Shown: piece by piece, positions 1 to 12,200 of the stretch
Position numbering within the stretch: the first letter of the stretch is position 1
Layout: every line of letters starts with the position of its first letter
Assembly: GCA_002104945.1 (NCBI GenBank)
Contig: MCFH01000002.1
Span: 744,001-808,000 of the forward strand
Length of the DNA: 64,000 nucleotides
Source: Piromyces finnis finn
Lineage: Eukaryota; Fungi; Neocallimastigomycota
Direction of reading: 5' to 3'
Notes under the pieces: model-generated
Database searches by the model: none
What the model was told of the DNA's origin: nothing
Seen by the model: only the letters and a program-made list of their open reading frames with translations
Translations under genes and position numbers: made by a program

Positions 1-2
1 CA

Positions 3-2617
3 TTTATTATTGATGCTGAAAATTACATTAAAAAGGAAAGAGAATTAAAGGCTAATGAAGTAGTTAATGCTACTTCAGCAGTTCAACCACCAATTACTTC
101 AACTTCTGTTAATTCCAAACCAGCGATTAAACCAATTCAAAAAACCATGCCTTCTTCTTTATCACAACCTGGATTAGAAACAAATGTAACTTCATCAATT
201 GGAAACAAAACATTACCAATGTCAAGTTATTCAGTTGGTGGTGGAATTGGTCTTGGTCGTGGAATTGGAATGAAGGAGAATAATACTTTTGGAAATAATC
301 TTGATTCAATGTATAATTCATTCAATAATAATTCAATTAATTCACCAAAGGTTTACAGTGGTCGTAATGCATCATTCCCAACTATGAGTAATCATTATGA
401 ACCTGTAGGTTATCCAGGTATGAACCGTCTTTCCAATACCATGAATAATCCTCAAATGATGGGAATTCCAGGAAACCAACCATGGATGCCATATAATGAT
501 CCATCAATGTTAGGAATGAAAGGATGGAATGATATGATGGGATTTAATGATATTTATAGTAATCAATTTTATAATTATGATTTAATGAATCCTGACTTGA
601 ATAAATCCAATTTTAACCAACAATTCTATTACCAACAACTTATGCAACAATCTCAACAATTCCCACCACAATATTATCAAATGATGAGACAAATGCCACA
701 AAATCAAATGCCAATGTTTAATGTCTTTGGACAACCAATTAATACTGTTGGTATGAAACCAATAGTTTCAAATACAAATACCATTGGTTCAATGCAAAAT
801 GAAATAATACCCCCAATGAATACTACTACATCCACTGTTGCTACTAATACCACAACCACAAATAATACACAATCTCTTTTTGCAAACAATGAAACAAACC
901 AAAGTGTTTCTCAAAATACTACAAATATGTGGGATACAGCACCACAAAATACACTTAATAATATTAATATCAATACCAATAAAGCAGAATTTAATAAAAC
1001 TGACTCTATACCAAATGTAGATAATACTAATATTAATAAGCAAGATGAATCAACTCAACCATCTAATAATATTATTGAAAATGTTGATAATACTCAAAAG
1101 GAAGATATTGCTAATGATATACCAATTAATGAGGCCAATACCGATAAGGACGAAGTTAGTGAAGAAATAAATGAAGAAAAATTAGAACAAAATGAAGAAC
1201 CAGAAACTGAAACAACAAATGAAGACGTACAAGATGATAATGAAAATGAAGAAGAATTAATTGAAGATAATAATGATGAAGAAGAAACTGAAAATATAAA
1301 AGAAGAAGAAAATGAATCAATTGAAGCTGAAGAAGCCAAAAATGAATCAGTTGAAGATAACGAAGAAAGTCCTGTTGAAGAAGCTCCAGAAGATAAGGAA
1401 GAAGTTGTAATGGAAGAAATTAAGAAGCCTGTTGCTCCAGCTCCAGTTAAGAACCATTGGAAGGTATCTACTAACAAAACCCAAAGATTAAGTATTAAAG
1501 AAATTCAAGAAATGGAAGAAAAAGAAAAATTAGAACAATTAAAGAAACAACAACAAGAAATAAAAGAAAAGAAGGAAATTGCAGAAGCTATGTCTGCTGA
1601 AGTTTCTCCAATTTCTATTTCTGAACCAACTACTGTTTGGGGAGCTCCACAAAATAATATTCAAAAACCAACTTTAAGACAAATTATGCAAGAAGAAGAA
1701 AATAACAAAAAGCAAAAAGATTTGCAAATGAAAGAAGCTGAAGGCAAAAAGGCTAATAAACAAAATTCACACGTTGTAGTTAATACTACTAGATCTGTAT
1801 GGGCTGGTAGACCTTTAACTATTATTGCAGATGGTAATTCACAAGTTGTTTCAGCTTCTTCATTAAATGCAGCAAAGAAAGAACCTGTAAAGAAAGAAAT
1901 TATTTCTACTGTTAATCAAAATCGTCCTCAACCAAGCCAAGTTAGTACCTCCACTAGCAATACTCCAACCACTTCAAGATCTGAAAATGTATATAATTTA
2001 AATAGTTTTATGATAAAAATAAATTATAAATTTAATTTAAATGATAATAATTATATTTATTTATATATAAATTAATAGGAATGGACTCCAGTCGGTAAAA
2101 CTGTCGTTAAAAAGAGTGAACCAGTTCATAAAATAACTAAGACTAATTCCAAATCTGATAATTCAAAGAAGGGTCCTTCTGATGCTTTTATGAAATGGTG
2201 TAAGAACGCTCTTCGTGTTTCTACCTCTGCTGGTGTTAATGGTAATATATATTATTTAATATTTAATAATAATATAAATGTATTTATTGATTTATTTATT
2301 GAACATTTTTATTTCATAATTATATTTAAATAAATTAAATAGTTGATGATTTCATTAATGTCTTATTATTAATGCCATTAAATGAATCTTCTGTCATTTA
2401 TGACATATGTAATGATACTCTTGGTGGAATCACTGCTATTGATCCATTAAAATTTGCTGAAGAATTTATTAAACGTCGTAAGATGGATCAAAATGATCAA
2501 TCATTCTCAGCTGTTCGTGGATACAGTTCATATGCACATGATGAAAGTAAGAATTCTAATAAGTTCATTCCAGTAAAAGGAAGTGGAAGAAAGAAGAACC
2601 GTCAAAATTTAAATTAA
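3..2617 (+). CDS. GYF-domain/Smy2-Syh1-GIGYF-like protein, 5'-partial (gene starts left of window); exons ~<3-1988, 2079-2241, 2343-2617
   Basis: Frame is open from base 3 (FIIDAENYIKKERE...) through the 642-aa ORF. Two GT-AG introns join it to EWTPVGK...SDAFMKWCKNALRVSTSAGVN and VDDFINVLLLMPLNESSVIYD...DPLKFAEEFIKRRK. This C-terminal block and the LSIKEIQEMEE / TLRQIMQEEE and VWG motifs resemble fungal Smy2/GIGYF proteins. The GYF domain itself is not in the window. Confidence 0.6.
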
Positions 2618-5308
2618 ATATATAGCAATTAAAAAAATCATTCATAATTGAAAAGATTTTTTTATATTATTTTAATATTTTTTTAATCTTTTTTCCCTAT
2701 TTTATTTAAAACAATATTTATCATTTATCTTTATTACTCTATTTTAAAATATTATATTATTTATATATATAAAAAAACAAAAATATATATAATTATTATT
2801 TTAGTTTATTATTTTTATTTTTAAGGAAAAATAGATTCTTTATCTTTAAAGTATTTTTATTATTTTTATTTTAATATTAAAATAAATCACTAATTTTGAA
2901 GTCTTTATAATGTAATATAAAGTTATAAAGAGTAGTTTATTAAAACAATAAATAATAATAGGGTATAAAAAATAGAAAAAAGAAAATGATGAAAGTTTCA
3001 AGTAATATTTTTTAAAAAATATTATTTTAAACTTTTATTATGGTATTAATTTTTTATTTTAAATATATTCTCAGTTTTATTTATTGTTGAAATAGCAATA
3101 AAAAAAAAGCAATTTATATAAAGTTTATTTTACATTTTTTCTTTTTTAAAATGGAATCAAAATTAGTATTTATTTTTTTTATTATTTTATATAAAAGAAA
3201 AATGCAAGAAAAAAAAAAAAAAAGAAAAGCAAGAAAAAGCTACAAAAAGATTAAGAAAAACAAAAAGAGAAAGCTAAAAACCAGAGAAAATAAAACAAAA
3301 AACTAATGTTATAAAAGCTTTTAAACAATAGTGATACTAATTAATAATAATTATAATAAGCAAAATAATAATAAAGAATATAATTAAAAATAGAAAAAAA
3401 AAAAAATTGGAATAATTAAAAAATGAAAAAATATACTGGTTTAAAAATATATATGTTTTTTTTTTAAAAAAAAAAAAAACAAAAAACAAAAAACAAAAGA
3501 AACAAAATAATAACATATAAATAACAATAAGAAAATTATTTAGTAACGTTTAAAAAAAGATAAAGATTTTAATAATTTATATAGGAATTTCTAAAAAAAA
3601 AAAAAGTTTAAAGTGATTGATAAATTAAAGAAATGAAACAGAACCAACCAAAAAAAAAAAAAAAAAAAAAAAAAAATAGTAAAGCAAAGTTAAGCAAAAA
3701 AAAAAAAAAAAAAAATGAAAGAGAATGAAGTAGTTGCGAAAAAAAAAAAAAAAAAAAAATATTTGTATTATTTACATTATCTTTATATATTAATATTATT
3801 AATCATATATTGTATATTTATTAACTTTATAATAAAAAAAATATATAATAATAATGATGATGACGATAATTTTTCAATTTATATTATTATGCAAATTTTT
3901 TTTTTTTTAAACTTTTTTAATATTAATTTAATACATTAATGAATAGTTAATATAAAGTTTATAATTAAAAAATGGAATGATTCAAAAATATTTTTTTTTT
4001 TATTTATTAAAAATGGATGAAATAGTCATATTAAATAAATAATAATGTATTTTTTTTTTTTTTTATTATTTAATATGAAAGGAAATATAAATGAAAAAAA
4101 AAAAAAAAGATATATATCTAATATATTATATTCATTTAATTTTAATGCTTTTTTTAATATTGTAAAAAATCTAAATAACATAAAAGGATATATTTATAAC
4201 TTTATTAAATAATTTCTTCAATTTAAGGTTTTTGATAGGTAAAGATTTGTTTAATATGTATTATGTATAATATTAACAAATAAAAGTATAAAACTATTAA
4301 AAAAAAAAAGAAAAATAATATTTTTATTTTTATTACTCAATACTCAATACTTTGAAATTAAGATAAATCTTATGAAATATATATATATATATATATATAT
4401 TATGTTTTTTATATTATTAATTTTTTAAAGAAAAAGGTTCATTATAATGTAATGTAATTGGATTAAATTTTAATGATTTTGAAAGATTTAAAAAAAAAAC
4501 AAACTTTTTTTATACAATAATGATTTTTAAGGTATTAATTCAATGTAAAACATTGTATAATATTATATGGAAATGATTCATCTAATATTAAAAATAAATC
4601 TAGAATTAAAATGTACTATACACAAGTAATATAGAAATTATTTCAGCAGTAGAATTAAAAAAAGAAACATCTGATATTGTAGTACAAAATTTATAGTCGA
4701 TTTTTGTTATAATCCTTCCTATTTAACAGTTTTTTTTTTTTTTTTTTTTTGGTTTTGTTAAAATAAAATAGTATATATATTCTTTTTTTTATTCGTATTT
4801 TTAACAAAAAATAATTTATATTTTAGTATCATAAAATATCTAAAAACTATTTTTGAGGAAGAAAAATTATTAAAAAAAAGTAAAGAAATAAATATAATAA
4901 TAATTTATTTTAATATGTTAATTTTTATGTAAGATAGCTATTAACACTTTATTCCTACAAACTATTTTATTATATATCTCAATATTTTTATTTTATTTAT
5001 TTAAATTTTTATTAATAGTTATTTATTTATTATTTATATGTATATGTATATGTATATATGTGAATTTTTTTTTTATTTGTTTTTATTTATTTAATAGATG
5101 ATTAACAAGAAGGTAAAAAATATATATATATATATATATAAATTTAATAAAATAAGATAATTAAATATATATTAAAATTTTATTTATTCTAATTTTTAGG
5201 TTATACGTTATTTTATATATCTCTTTTTTTTTTTCTTTTTCTTAATTCACTCCTTGTTTTATTGTCCTATTAAGTATATATATATTTTATTCTTTTTTTT
5301 TTATTTAT

Positions 5309-6136
5309 TTAATTACTTTCATCACTATCCGTATTTTCATTTTTCTTTGTGAATTTTCCAATACTTTTTCCAAATACATAAGAAGTAGTATTAGAGACAA
5401 ATTTAACAATGGAATCAGATACATCATAAGAGAATATCATTATCATCCAACCAATAAGTAAGAACATCATAAAGATAAAAGTAACTAATAAAACGAAACT
5501 GACTATTGGTCCTCCGTATGGTATAAAATCTGATACAGAGTGGATGTATTTAAAAATAACTGGTATAAATAATAAGATTCTGTATGATATAAATGAGACA
5601 ATAAAGAAAAGAATAACTTCTGGCTTCATAAAGAATTTTAAATTATTGAAAAAGAATTGTCCCAATTTAAATAACAAGAATCTTGTTTTAGTTAATATAG
5701 TACTAACCCATATAGCAATTAATAAAATTGGCATAACTGAGCAGAAAATATATTTTGAAATATTAAATATATCGAGTTCTTCATGAAAGATACCGGTTTT
5801 GCTAATTTTACGTTGATAATATACGTTTATACCAAGGAATAATATTGATAATGAAAACAAGAAAAATATAAAATATGGGGAATCAGAAGTATTCATATAT
5901 CTATTAGATCTTTCATTTTCTCTCTTACGTGTTCTAGTTTTAGGTGTTTTATTAACTGATTTACCATTTTTTGAAATTTTATGTAATTTGTCTTTTTTTA
6001 TTTTTTTGGCATCTAATTTGGTTCTACTTCCAATAGCTGAATGTGGTCCTTGAAGTCTACGTCTTGGTTTATCTAAAGACTTTAATCTATCTGGTGAAAT
6101 AGTAATTGGTGAACTGGAAGGTGACGTTGTACTCAT
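5309..6136 (-). CDS. Hypothetical multi-pass membrane protein (275 aa, single exon; basic N-terminus, ~4 hydrophobic segments)
   Basis: Uninterrupted ATG-to-TAA ORF in otherwise stop-rich AT DNA; hydrophobic stretches YFIFFLFSLSILFLGINV, IFCSVMPILLIAIWV, VILFFIVSFISYRILLFIPV, IVSFVLLVTFIFMMFLLIGWMIMIF. Family not recognised. Confidence 0.7.
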   Translation of the reverse strand: MSTTSPSSSPITISPDRLKSLDKPRRRLQGPHSAIGSRTKLDAKKIKKDKLHKISKNGKSVNKTPKTRTRKRENERSNRYMNTSDSPYFIFFLFSLSILFLGINVYYQRKISKTGIFHEELDIFNISKYIFCSVMPILLIAIWVSTILTKTRFLLFKLGQFFFNNLKFFMKPEVILFFIVSFISYRILLFIPVIFKYIHSVSDFIPYGGPIVSFVLLVTFIFMMFLLIGWMIMIFSYDVSDSIVKFVSNTTSYVFGKSIGKFTKKNENTDSDESN

Positions 6137-7893
6137 TTTTATTTGTCTTAATTTTATTTTATTTTTGATATAAATATTTAATTGAATTAATTTATTTTAT
6201 AAAATTTTTATTTGATTATTTAAAAGATGAATATATTATATTAATTATATGTTTTTAATAATTCATCAATGTCTTTTAATTTTATTGTATTTTTTTTAAT
6301 TATTATTATTATTGTTGTTATTATTACTATTTGTTATTTGTTATTATGAAATACTTTTAAAATATTTGCATTAAATTTAATATCTTCAAGAATTAAAGAT
6401 TCATAAATTATTAAATATATATATAAAACTAGATTATTTTTTTTTTAAAAAAAGAAACTAGGAACAAAATTAAAGTTTTGCGTTAACTTTTATTTTATAT
6501 TATTATATATATTTACAGTTGATTTGTATTTATTAGTGTTATTTATTTATTTTATTAGAATAAAAAAAGAAAAGATTTAAATTAAATAATTTTTCTTTTT
6601 TTATTATTATTGAGTATATTTTTATTTACTTATTTATTATTTCTATTTCTTATTTTATTTTTTTTATTTTCTTTTTTTTTTTTTTTTTTCTTTTTTCTTT
6701 TTCTTATTTATTTAATAAATTGAAACTTTGCCTTTTATTTTTAAAGGTAATAAAAAAAAAGAAAAAAAAAAAGAAAAGAAAAAAAATAAGTGATATTTAG
6801 ATAAATAATATAATGTTTTAAATTTTTGATTTGAATTTAATTACCACCACAATAATTAATTTTGGTGGTGGTTACTATTGAGTAAAATAATTATAAATAT
6901 AACTTAATATTATTCTAAAATTTAACATAAAATTTTAAAACAATAATAATATATGTTAAATAAATTAAATTTATTTTTATTTTTTTATACAGCCACAGTA
7001 AAAATTATATATTTTTTCATTTAATAATATACAATTTCTATATATTGTAAATACAATATACAACTGTTCTGTATATCAATAATGATAAGCCATAGATATC
7101 TAAATTACTACACTTTACATTTTTTGTACTAACTAAAACTATAATAAATAATAAAATATTTTATTTAAATGTATTGCCATTAAGACTAAACATGAAAATT
7201 AAAAAAAAATTTTTAATCTTGGAAAAAATAGAAAAAACATTCATGTTATTATTATTATATTTTGAAGAAAGAGGAAGGAGAAAGGTACTCTAACTGTATT
7301 TAAAAGAATTGAATTGTTTATATTTTCGAATATAAAATATAATTAATTATATTTAATTGTTTTTCTTTTATACTAAATTGATGTTTCAAAAAAAAAAAAA
7401 AAATTATATAATCTTAAGATATTTTAAATTAATAAACTTTAATCTATAATAAATTTCATATTTTTTTTATTAAAAAGTATCACAAAATATATTTTCTTTT
7501 TTTTTTTACATTTAATAAAAGGAAAAAGTAAAAAAGTTTACATTATTGAAAAGAAAAAAAGTGGTGTACCATAAAATTTTTACATTTTATTGATTACATA
7601 TAAATATAAAAAATAATAATACATTAATACATTTTTATAGTAAAAATAATTAAATGGTGAGATTTAAAAAAAAAAAAAATGTAAATGGTTAATTAAAAGA
7701 AAAATAATTAATAATAATAAATTATTTTATCTTCAATTTATTTTGTCACATTATTTTTTTTTTTTTTATTTTTTATTTTTATTTTTTAAAAAGTATATAT
7801 AAAAATCTATAGGATTTGAATTAAGGAATGCTAATGACAAAACTTATTTTATTTTTAAAAATACCACTTCATACTTTTAATTTTCTTTTTTTT

Positions 7894-9645
7894 TTAATAT
7901 GTTGGTGGTGATGTTATACTTGCATTAACGAGTGAAGAACAGTGATGTGTCAAATAAAATGAAAATAATGAAATAACAGATAGTATGAAATATATTATAT
8001 ATTTATGAATATAATTAACTTTATTTCTAAAGTCACTGTTTGTTATTGTAACAATTAATACTACTGTCGCAAATATACCAATTGATAAATAAAACCATAA
8101 GTAAGATCTTGCCATTTTCCTAAAACAATTAATACATAAATTTTTTCCTGAAAACATATGTATTGTATAATAGAATCTTTTAACGTGATTTAAACATAAT
8201 GGATCTATAGTTATATATCATATAATGTTAATATTAATTTTTAATTAACAAGTATTAATATTTAAAGTTTAACAATTATTTACCATAGCATTTTTCACAT
8301 CGATCTGTTGCAATAAATTCACATTGTTTATATGAACACATTTGAAATTTCGGTATTCCTTTTTGAAGTCTTCTTAAACCTATTATTTATTAATAATTTA
8401 ATCAAAATATTTTTAATTTTAATGAAAGCCCTATATTAAAACTTATTCTTTAATATTACTTTTTGCTTCATGATCTTTATCATAACTTACTTTCTGTATC
8501 AATGGAAATATTTCCTTGAGATCTATGGGGAAAGTGTTCATGATCTGATAGATAAATCATTTGTGATTGTCTAGAAATTTGGTGTTTTCTATATGAACTA
8601 CTATTATTTCTACTACTATGATTTATACTATGATTCATACTATTATAATTAATACTGTTATGATTCATACTGTTATTTATATTATTATGATTTATTGGAG
8701 GTAATAGGCTTTGACTTTGATTTATAGTCTTTATTTGACGAACATTGTTATGATTTCTAGCACGACATGAAACTGACCTCTTTGGGGTAATAATTTCATC
8801 CAAATCTTCAGTTGTTTCTAATACTGGTATATAACTAGGTGGTGTTTCAGGAGAAATAGGATTTTCTAATGCTTTTTTTGAATGATTTTCAATCCAATCC
8901 TCGAGAGATTTTGGTACTTGAATTGTTATAGCCCTATTCATCATTTTTATGATATTTATATTTAATAGGCAGTAGTAAAATTAAATTTTTATTAAAAAAA
9001 AAATTCAATAAATTAATAATTAAAATGATTATTTGAGTAACATTTTTATATTTTTTAAAATGAAAAAGTAGTATATTGTTTTTATTTATTTATCATTATT
9101 AATGATATATTATTTAATTAATAATTAACTAACCTTTGTTCATTCATCACAGGTTGATTTCTATACAAATCATTTATATTTACACGAACAACTTGTTGAA
9201 GACTTTCTTCTTTTCCTTTTAAAATATCTTCTTGATTGTTTATTGATGTATTTTGTTGATATGAAAGATTAATATTATTGAAGCTACTATTAATATTATT
9301 ATAACTGGTATTCAAGTTATTAAAATTATTAGTACTAATATCATTTAAACTGTTGTTAATATCATGATTATTAATATTGTAACTGTTAATATTGATATTA
9401 TTAGAGAATACATCTTTTTTTAATGTTTTCCCTTGTTTTTCTTTCACAACTTTTTCATTTGAAAAATCCGATTCTTTTGGTAAACTTGGATTTTTCGGGA
9501 ATTGTGTATTATCTGGAGTATTATCTGGAGTTAATTTATCTTGAATTGATTTATCTGGAATTGAGACATCATTAATTTCATTTTCCAAAACTTGTGCCTC
9601 AATTTCTTTGGGCACATCGTTTATTATTTTTTCCTTATTATCCAT
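7894..9645 (-). CDS. Hypothetical protein with low-complexity N-terminus, Cys/His zinc-finger-like motif and two C-terminal TM helices; exons ~9645-9134, 8933-8491, 8379-8284, 8204-7894
   Basis: Three track ORFs plus an unlisted 96-nt exon join in frame through GT-AG introns, giving ...QMCSYKQCEFIATDRCEKCYDPLCLNHVKRFYYTIHMFSGKNLCINCFRKMARSYLWFYLSIGIFATVVLIVTI... Confidence 0.65.
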
Positions 9646-12200
9646 TATAAAAGAATTTTTAATATTTATTATTTAAAAATTAAATGAAAAATTGAAATAC
9701 ATATACTTTGTAAATATTTAATTTTATTTATTTTTTTCTAATATAGCTTAATCATATAAATATAATATATTTGGTTTAAACTATATTAATATTTTATCAA
9801 AATTAGATATATAACTTAAAAAGATTAGGTCGATATTATCTTGAAAAAGGGTTAATTTTTTAGAGATAATTATTTTTTTTAAATATATAAAAAAAATACT
9901 TTATTTTGAAATCTACTTTTTAAAAATGATAAAAAGTAGAATAGATATTTATTATATTATATAATGTGAATGTTATATTTTATATTTTAATTATTTAGTG
10001 TTTGTTTATATATTATAAAATATAAAATTTAATAATTTACAATTTTGAAGTTTATTTCTTAAATTAATTTTGTTTAGTTTCTTTTATACAATCAATATAT
10101 AATATAAAAAATAATACAATATTTTTATTTATTTATTCTATTTTATCTTTTGTAAAATTTTTTTGAATTGTTGATTTTTTTTTTTTTCCTTTTATTTTTA
10201 ATTTTTCTTTTTCTTTTCTTTCTTTTTTGTTTTTTTATTAGTTGAAAATAAGTTTAAATTTTTATTTATTATAAAATCTTTTATTTAACTTAAATTAATT
10301 TGCTTTCATTTTCAATATTATTTTATTTTAAAAAATAAAAGAAAAGAGTTTGAAAAAGGTTATATGAATAATAATAAATATAATTAATTTGAAATTTTGA
10401 ACTATTTCTTGAAGATTATATTTAAAATAAATAAATTAAATATTAATTATTTTAATATTTTTTTTAGTTTATATTATAAAACATTATTATATATTTGTTA
10501 AGAAAAAAAAAAAAGAAAGAAAAATAATAATTTAATTCTTTTATTTAATTCTTTTGCAAATGCTACAAAGACAAAAGTGTTACTTTAAAAAAAAAAAAAA
10601 AGGATGAACGTATATAAATACTTTTATTTATTTTATTTGTGTAATAATAAAAGCATTTTTTAATTTTTTATATGATTATTAATCAATTAATATATATATA
10701 AAAATTATATTATTGATGTTATATTAATATATTAAAATATATTAATAATAAATATTATACTTTCCTTAAATTAAATAAAAAGTTTTGTGTAATATATAAA
10801 TATTTTTAAATTATTTTTTTTTTAATAAAACAGAATGCTTTATTTTATCAATATAAATTTTTATATTGATAATATACATAAATGTATTTAAATTACCCTT
10901 ATTTACAAGATTTATTATATAATTTTTGTAATTTTATTTATTTTTATTATACTTTCTGTGCTACATAAATTTTTTTTTTATACATCATAATATAGATTAG
11001 TGTAACATTAATTTCCTTAAAACTTTATTAATTAAAAAAAAAGAGAAAAGAAAAAATAAAAATATCAAAAAGAATTTGATGAAGATATAGAATATAAAAA
11101 AAGGTTAGTAATTAAATTTAAAATAATAGGAATATAATTTTGATGTGATGATTACAACTGAATTATGTATTATTCTAATTCTATTTGAAGAATGTATTGA
11201 AAAATGTATTGAAACTATATATATTTTCTAATTTCAAAAAGTATCTAAATATATGGATATGAATTTGTAAAGTATCTTCTTAATGCATGAATATATATAT
11301 GAATGATATCACTTTAGAATTCTTTATAATAAATATTTTGATCTTGTTAAATATACGACGGTAAAATCATTAAGAAAAAATGATTTTATAGTTAAAAAAA
11401 AAAAAAATTCTTTTTGTAATAACTAGATATTCTTAATAATTGATCATATAAATACAATACATTTACATAATCTGTTTATATTACATTATATGTATGATAC
11501 TTTTAAATTTTAAAATAATAAAAAGTATAAATTAATTTTATTATATTATATATATATTTTTTAAACATTTAATAAACTTTTTATTATTTTTATTTAATAA
11601 TTTTTTTTATAATTTTTTTTTTTTATTTCAAATATAAAGGAAAGTTTTTAGTTTTTTTTTTTAAAAAAAATATTCAATTAATTCATTGTATCTTTTGTCT
11701 TTTATTTGCTTTATAAAAAAAAAAAAGCTTTTAAAAAGTACTTTTAATATAAAAATCTTTTATTTTTTATTATTGTAAATCAATAATAAAGTTATAAAAA
11801 TAAAATAACTTAAAAGATTATGAAGTCTAGATTTAATTGAATATTTATTATCCTTTTTTAAAAAACAATTAAAATATCATCTTTTTTTGTCATTTTTTAA
11901 TTTTTTTTTATTCATTTACTAAAAAGAAAAAGAAAATACTAAATAACTTATTAATATTACCTCTATTAAAAAAAAATAAAAGTAAGCTTTTATATAGTTA
12001 TTTAATATGTTATTTTAATATAATAAGTTATAAGTTATGAATTTATTTATTTATTATTTTTTTTAAAGTCTTATATAAATAGAAATAATATTTATTATAA
12101 TAAAAATAATACCAACAATAATAATTTATAGTTGAATAAAAAAAAAATTAATGTCTTTTTTTTCTTTATAAAAAAAATAATTATTTTTAGGATTTTAAAA

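Noticed and set aside
1094-1477. Antisense/alternate-frame ORFs overlapping real genes (e.g. 704-889, 14243-14578, 22123-22554, 44716-44925, 54840-55184, 60518-60862)
   Set aside because: Shadow frames of well-supported CDSs.
3715-3939. 74-aa ORF; also 22882-23082 and 56518-56715
   Set aside because: Built from homopolymer/AT runs, with no protein-like composition.
4555-4700. Possible micro-exon gene remnant in the AT desert (EIISAVELKKETSDIVVQNL)
   Set aside because: Could not build a consistent spliced ORF.
11141-11162. C/D snoRNA boxes (GTGATGA...CTGA)
   Set aside because: The boxes are only ~6 nt apart, with no guide region or terminal stem.
12132-12200. Track ORF starts at TTG codons (12132, 14812, 19621, 29670, 30416, 30809)
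   Set aside because: These are upstream or intronic run-ins or internal exon fragments; the spliced models explain them.
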